Below are positions 30,266-32,911 of a stretch of 32,911 nucleotides of DNA, piece by piece. The stretch comes from an uncultured Candidatus Saccharibacteria bacterium. Its GTDB lineage: Bacteria; Patescibacteriota; Saccharimonadia; Saccharimonadales; UBA4665. The first letter of the stretch is position 1; every line of letters begins with the position of its first letter. A program made the position numbers and the translations under genes. The DNA is taken from the NCBI GenBank assembly GCA_964427685.1, contig CAYRVE010000001.1:1-32911 (forward strand). The letters are read 5' to 3'. Under the pieces are notes generated by a model that saw nothing but the letters and a program-made list of their open reading frames with translations, had not been told where the DNA came from and did not search any database.

Positions 30266-30795
30266 CACCCAAATTCAATAAAAACGAAATTTACATGGTT
30301 ATAGTGTTCTCAATAGTCACTATAATCTATCTAGCATTTTTCATGAGTTGTTTGGGTTGTAGTAGCAACCAGCCCAATCCTTACCAGCAAGTCATAATGC
30401 CAACTATTACACCGTTAATAGCCGGTTCTAGATCGGATTGTGTTTTTGGAGGCGTAGACATTAGTTGGAACGGGACTCATACTGAGATTTGTAATGGATC
30501 TAATGGTGCACAAGGACCCCAAGGCGAAACAGGTGCTGCGGGTCCGCAAGGACCTCAGGGAACGTCGGGAAATCCTGGAACAACAATAGCTATTATAACC
30601 TTTTGTCAGGGCGTAACTCCTCAATATCCTGGAATATTTCCAGAAGTAGGATTTTGTATTAATGGAAATATATACGCCGTATACTCTGCTAATGATGGAT
30701 TTTTAGCGGAAATAGAACCTGGAGTATATCAGTCTGACGCTATTAGTTCGGTGTGCACATTTAGAGTCTTACCTAATTGTCAGGTCACGCAGTGA
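30262..30795 (+). CDS. Membrane-anchored or lipoprotein-like protein with a collagen-like Gly-X-Y repeat
   Basis: RBS AAGGAGG. TM/signal VIVFSIVTIIYLAFFMSCLGCSS. Ten GXY triplets at nt 30496..30585 (GSNGAQGPQGETGAAGPQGPQGTSGNPGTT). Confidence 0.65.
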   Translation: MTPKFNKNEIYMVIVFSIVTIIYLAFFMSCLGCSSNQPNPYQQVIMPTITPLIAGSRSDCVFGGVDISWNGTHTEICNGSNGAQGPQGETGAAGPQGPQGTSGNPGTTIAIITFCQGVTPQYPGIFPEVGFCINGNIYAVYSANDGFLAEIEPGVYQSDAISSVCTFRVLPNCQVTQ

Positions 30796-32093
30796 TTAAA
30801 CTAGAAATAGGTAATAGTTATAGCAAGATAACAGGCCTCTCAGCCAAACAAGAAAAAGAGTTGAGAGAGGCCTTGAGTTACATAGTAGGCGGCTCTTCAG
30901 CTTACTATAGCGGGTTTGGAGTCCGCAAGAAGTCTTTGTTGAATAAAAAAGGTGAGTTTCCTTCAGGGTTATTGTGGCGTACAGAGGTTTGGCTTAAAAA
31001 TCAAAAAATTAATTGGTGCAGAATAGAAAAAAGGCAGAATAGACCTCTAACCATACCTAGAAGATTAGTAGGTTTAGAAGTAACTCCATACAAAGATCAG
31101 TTAGAGGCAGTTAAAAAAGCAGAATTATATGGGCATGGAACGATAAGCATGCCTACAGGCACCGGAAAGTCTCTTGTAATAGCGCTAATAGCTGCAAGGT
31201 TAAATGTAAAGACCTTAGTAATAGTACCCAGCATAGAGATCAAGAAGCAACTATCTGAAAGTATCTCAGACGCTTTAGGGCCTAGCCATAAAGTCACTGT
31301 AGAAAATATTGACTCTCGCCGCCTAAACAAACTAACAGACTTCGATTGTCTCATTATAGACGAAGCTCACCATTCTGCCGCAAAGACTTATCAAAAATTG
31401 AATAAGACAGCCTGGACAGGCATCTATTATCGATTTTTTATGACAGCCACTCCGTTTCGTAATGATACAGAAGAAACACTGCTATTTGAAGCCATAGCCG
31501 GACAAGTCATTTACAAACTAGACTACAAAACTGCCGTAAAAAACAAATACATAGTTCCTATAGAGGCGTTTTACATAGACTTACCTAAACATAAAAATGA
31601 TTATTACGCTTGGCAAGAAGTCTATAAGAATTTGATAGTAAATAATGTACATAGAAACTCCATTATTTTTAGTCTCTTATTTTCTCTTTACGAGGCCGAT
31701 AAGTCTACTCTTTGCCTCGTTAAAGAAGTCCAGCACGGCAAAAACATTAATTATCCAGTATTTGTACACGGAGAAGACGACGAAACTCGTTTCCTTATCA
31801 ATAAGTTTAATAATAGAGAAATCAAAGGGCTGGTAGCCACTTCAGGTATGATGGGGGAAGGTGTCGATACTAAACCATGTGAATACGTAATTATAGCTGG
31901 TTTAGGTAAAGCTAAAAGTCAGTTCATGCAGGCCGTCGGTAGAGCAGTTAGAAACTACCCAGGAAAAGAATCGGCTAAGATCATAATTTTTAGAGACACC
32001 AGTCATAAGTTCACTTTGAGACACTTCAACGCTCAAAAAAAGATTTTGAAAGAAGAATATGGTGTGGTAGTATCAAAACTGGAGATTATATGA
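30792..32093 (+). CDS. SF2 DEAH-box helicase (ResIII / Helicase_C type)
   Basis: Motif I MPTGTGKS, II LIIDEAHH, III MTATP, VI QAVGRAVR. Start is either GTG 30792 (GTGA overlap) or TTG 30777, in the same frame. Confidence 0.85.
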   Translation: MIKLEIGNSYSKITGLSAKQEKELREALSYIVGGSSAYYSGFGVRKKSLLNKKGEFPSGLLWRTEVWLKNQKINWCRIEKRQNRPLTIPRRLVGLEVTPYKDQLEAVKKAELYGHGTISMPTGTGKSLVIALIAARLNVKTLVIVPSIEIKKQLSESISDALGPSHKVTVENIDSRRLNKLTDFDCLIIDEAHHSAAKTYQKLNKTAWTGIYYRFFMTATPFRNDTEETLLFEAIAGQVIYKLDYKTAVKNKYIVPIEAFYIDLPKHKNDYYAWQEVYKNLIVNNVHRNSIIFSLLFSLYEADKSTLCLVKEVQHGKNINYPVFVHGEDDETRFLINKFNNREIKGLVATSGMMGEGVDTKPCEYVIIAGLGKAKSQFMQAVGRAVRNYPGKESAKIIIFRDTSHKFTLRHFNAQKKILKEEYGVVVSKLEII

Positions 32094-32395
32094 ATAAAAC
32101 AACACTCCCCGAGCGTTTGAAGCGGCTGATTGAGTTTAAAAAACCATTCAGATCTGGAGCTACTATAAAGGGAGATCCATTCCCTTTAGTTTCTGGTGCT
32201 GCCAGAGATGAAAACGCCCGCCTTCGCCCACTATTGCTGAAGCTGGTGGATTGTGTGGAGGCGTTGGAATGGACTACTCGACGGCTTGCTAAATATGAAT
32301 GCGTCCCTGACAACGATAGCTATCCAGTGATCGATGCGAAAAAAGCCCTCGCTTCACTAATGGCGGAGATTGCGAAAATGGAGAGTGGGGAATGA
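32090..32395 (+). CDS. Hypothetical protein (101 aa), first gene of a GC-richer block
   Basis: GGAG lies 5 nt before the ATG. ATGA overlap with the helicase stop. Confidence 0.6.
   Translation: MNKTTLPERLKRLIEFKKPFRSGATIKGDPFPLVSGAARDENARLRPLLLKLVDCVEALEWTTRRLAKYECVPDNDSYPVIDAKKALASLMAEIAKMESGE
32376..32395. repeat. 20-nt direct repeat, copy 1 (AAATGGAGAGTGGGGAATGA)
   Basis: Identical to 32548..32567. Encodes MESGE-stop and contains the next gene's ATG. Confidence 0.9.
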
Positions 32396-32538
32396 GACGA
32401 TTCTTCGTATTTCTTATATGCAATCCCATCACGGTCTTAGGGTTTGTCGGAATTCTTTGTTTCTGCGCATTGCTCGTAACTTGCACGGTTGAGACGGTTC
32501 ACGAAAGTTATGTCAAAATAACCAAGGACCCCAAATGA
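32392..32538 (+). CDS. Candidate 48-aa Cys-rich membrane peptide
   Basis: Reads MRRFFVFLICNPITVLGFVGILCFCALLVTCTVETVHESYVKITKDPK. ATGA coupling upstream. Confidence 0.4.
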   Translation: MRRFFVFLICNPITVLGFVGILCFCALLVTCTVETVHESYVKITKDPK

Positions 32539-32547
32539 CCAAAGATG

Positions 32548-32567
32548 AAATGGAGAGTGGGGAATGA
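32548..32567. repeat. 20-nt direct repeat, copy 2
   Basis: Identical to 32376..32395. Terminates a 10-codon remnant ORF (MTKDEMESGE) and contains ATG 32564. Confidence 0.9.
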
Positions 32568-32677
32568 CCTTGCCAGAAATATACAAAAGTTTGATCTGTT
32601 TTTTCCGTGGTCACAGATACTCCGACTGGGCTTATGATACTCAGAATTATTGCAAATGTTGCGGGAGACGCAAATGA
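32564..32677 (+). CDS. Candidate 37-aa zinc-ribbon-like mini-protein
   Basis: Reads MTLPEIYKSLICFFRGHRYSDWAYDTQNYCKCCGRRK (C-x4-H ... C-x-C-C). ATGA overlaps at both ends. Confidence 0.4.
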   Translation: MTLPEIYKSLICFFRGHRYSDWAYDTQNYCKCCGRRK

Positions 32678-32911
32678 CCGACGACACAAAGAAGCCGACA
32701 GTAACCATCTCACTGATTGAGTTAGCCCGAAAGACAAGTGTCTGGAGTGATTGCTATGATATTTGCTGTCAAATGCACTCCGCCTACCAAAAACTAGAGC
32801 AGGAACTCAAGGAGATGCACTTCGCCTATGCGAAAGCTAAAACAGAATTGTATGAAGCGAAGGCTGAGATTGAGCGGCTATCTGTCAAACTGCATGAAGC
32901 GAATATGTCAA
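32674..32911 (+). CDS. Partial CDS (3' end beyond the window), coiled-coil protein
   Basis: ATG 32674 overlaps the upstream TGA. The frame stays open to the end of the window (MTDDTKKPTVTISLIELARK...EIERLSVKLHEANMS). Confidence 0.5.
   Translation, partial: MTDDTKKPTVTISLIELARKTSVWSDCYDICCQMHSAYQKLEQELKEMHFAYAKAKTELYEAKAEIERLSVKLHEANMS

Noticed and set aside
32086-32737. Minus-strand ORFs 32086..32313, 32289..32486, 32508..32708 and 32513..32737.
   Set aside because: The plus strand here carries a chain of SD-preceded, ATGA-coupled ORFs continuous with the helicase operon. The minus-strand ORFs lack starts with an SD and have Ser/Arg-rich shadow-frame composition.

Overview
This window is a gene-dense segment of a tailed dsDNA bacteriophage or prophage genome, roughly 40% GC by eye. 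I saw no rRNA, tRNA, CRISPR array, integrase, transposase or recognisable tail gene.

Layout: a consensus sigma70-type promoter at 29887..29915 (minus strand) heads a leftward gene train of about 29.7 kb. Most genes in it are chained by ATGA, TAATG or GTGA stop/start overlaps. In transcription order the train carries:
- a ClpP-like protease and small membrane proteins
- a recombination module: RecA-like ATPase, Mre11/SbcD-like nuclease, Rad50/SbcC-like ATPase, endonuclease VII
- a metallophosphoesterase, an SLT lytic transglycosylase, a MazG-like (DUF5664-type) NTP pyrophosphohydrolase and a small HAD hydrolase
- an SSB-like protein, a primase-polymerase/helicase and a family A DNA polymerase
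- a GNAT acetyltransferase
- the packaging and head module: large terminase, small genes, portal, scaffold and major capsid protein, closed by a strong intrinsic terminator at 6427..6452

Left of that terminator, where tail genes might be expected, lies an accessory island. It holds a small opposite-strand mini-operon, an IbrB-like ParB plus IbrA/DndC-like PAPS-reductase pair, and a MoxR-like AAA+ ATPase cassette flanked by 55-nt identical direct repeats inside two paralogous Ala/Ser/Tyr-repeat genes.

Rightward from 29998 run a small gene, a collagen-repeat membrane/lipoprotein, an SF2 DEAH helicase and a visibly GC-richer string of coupled micro-ORFs.

The candidates most worth follow-up are:
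1. the ParB/PAPS-reductase module, a possible DNA-modification or anti-restriction function
2. the repeat-flanked MoxR cassette with a slippage-prone repeat gene
3. an 88-aa paralogue of the capsid N-terminus, translationally coupled to the terminase
4. a ClpP-like protease placed as first gene of the early operon, far from the head genes
5. the phased CTTAAG palindrome array in the early leader

All functional calls rest on motifs read by eye. None was checked against a database.
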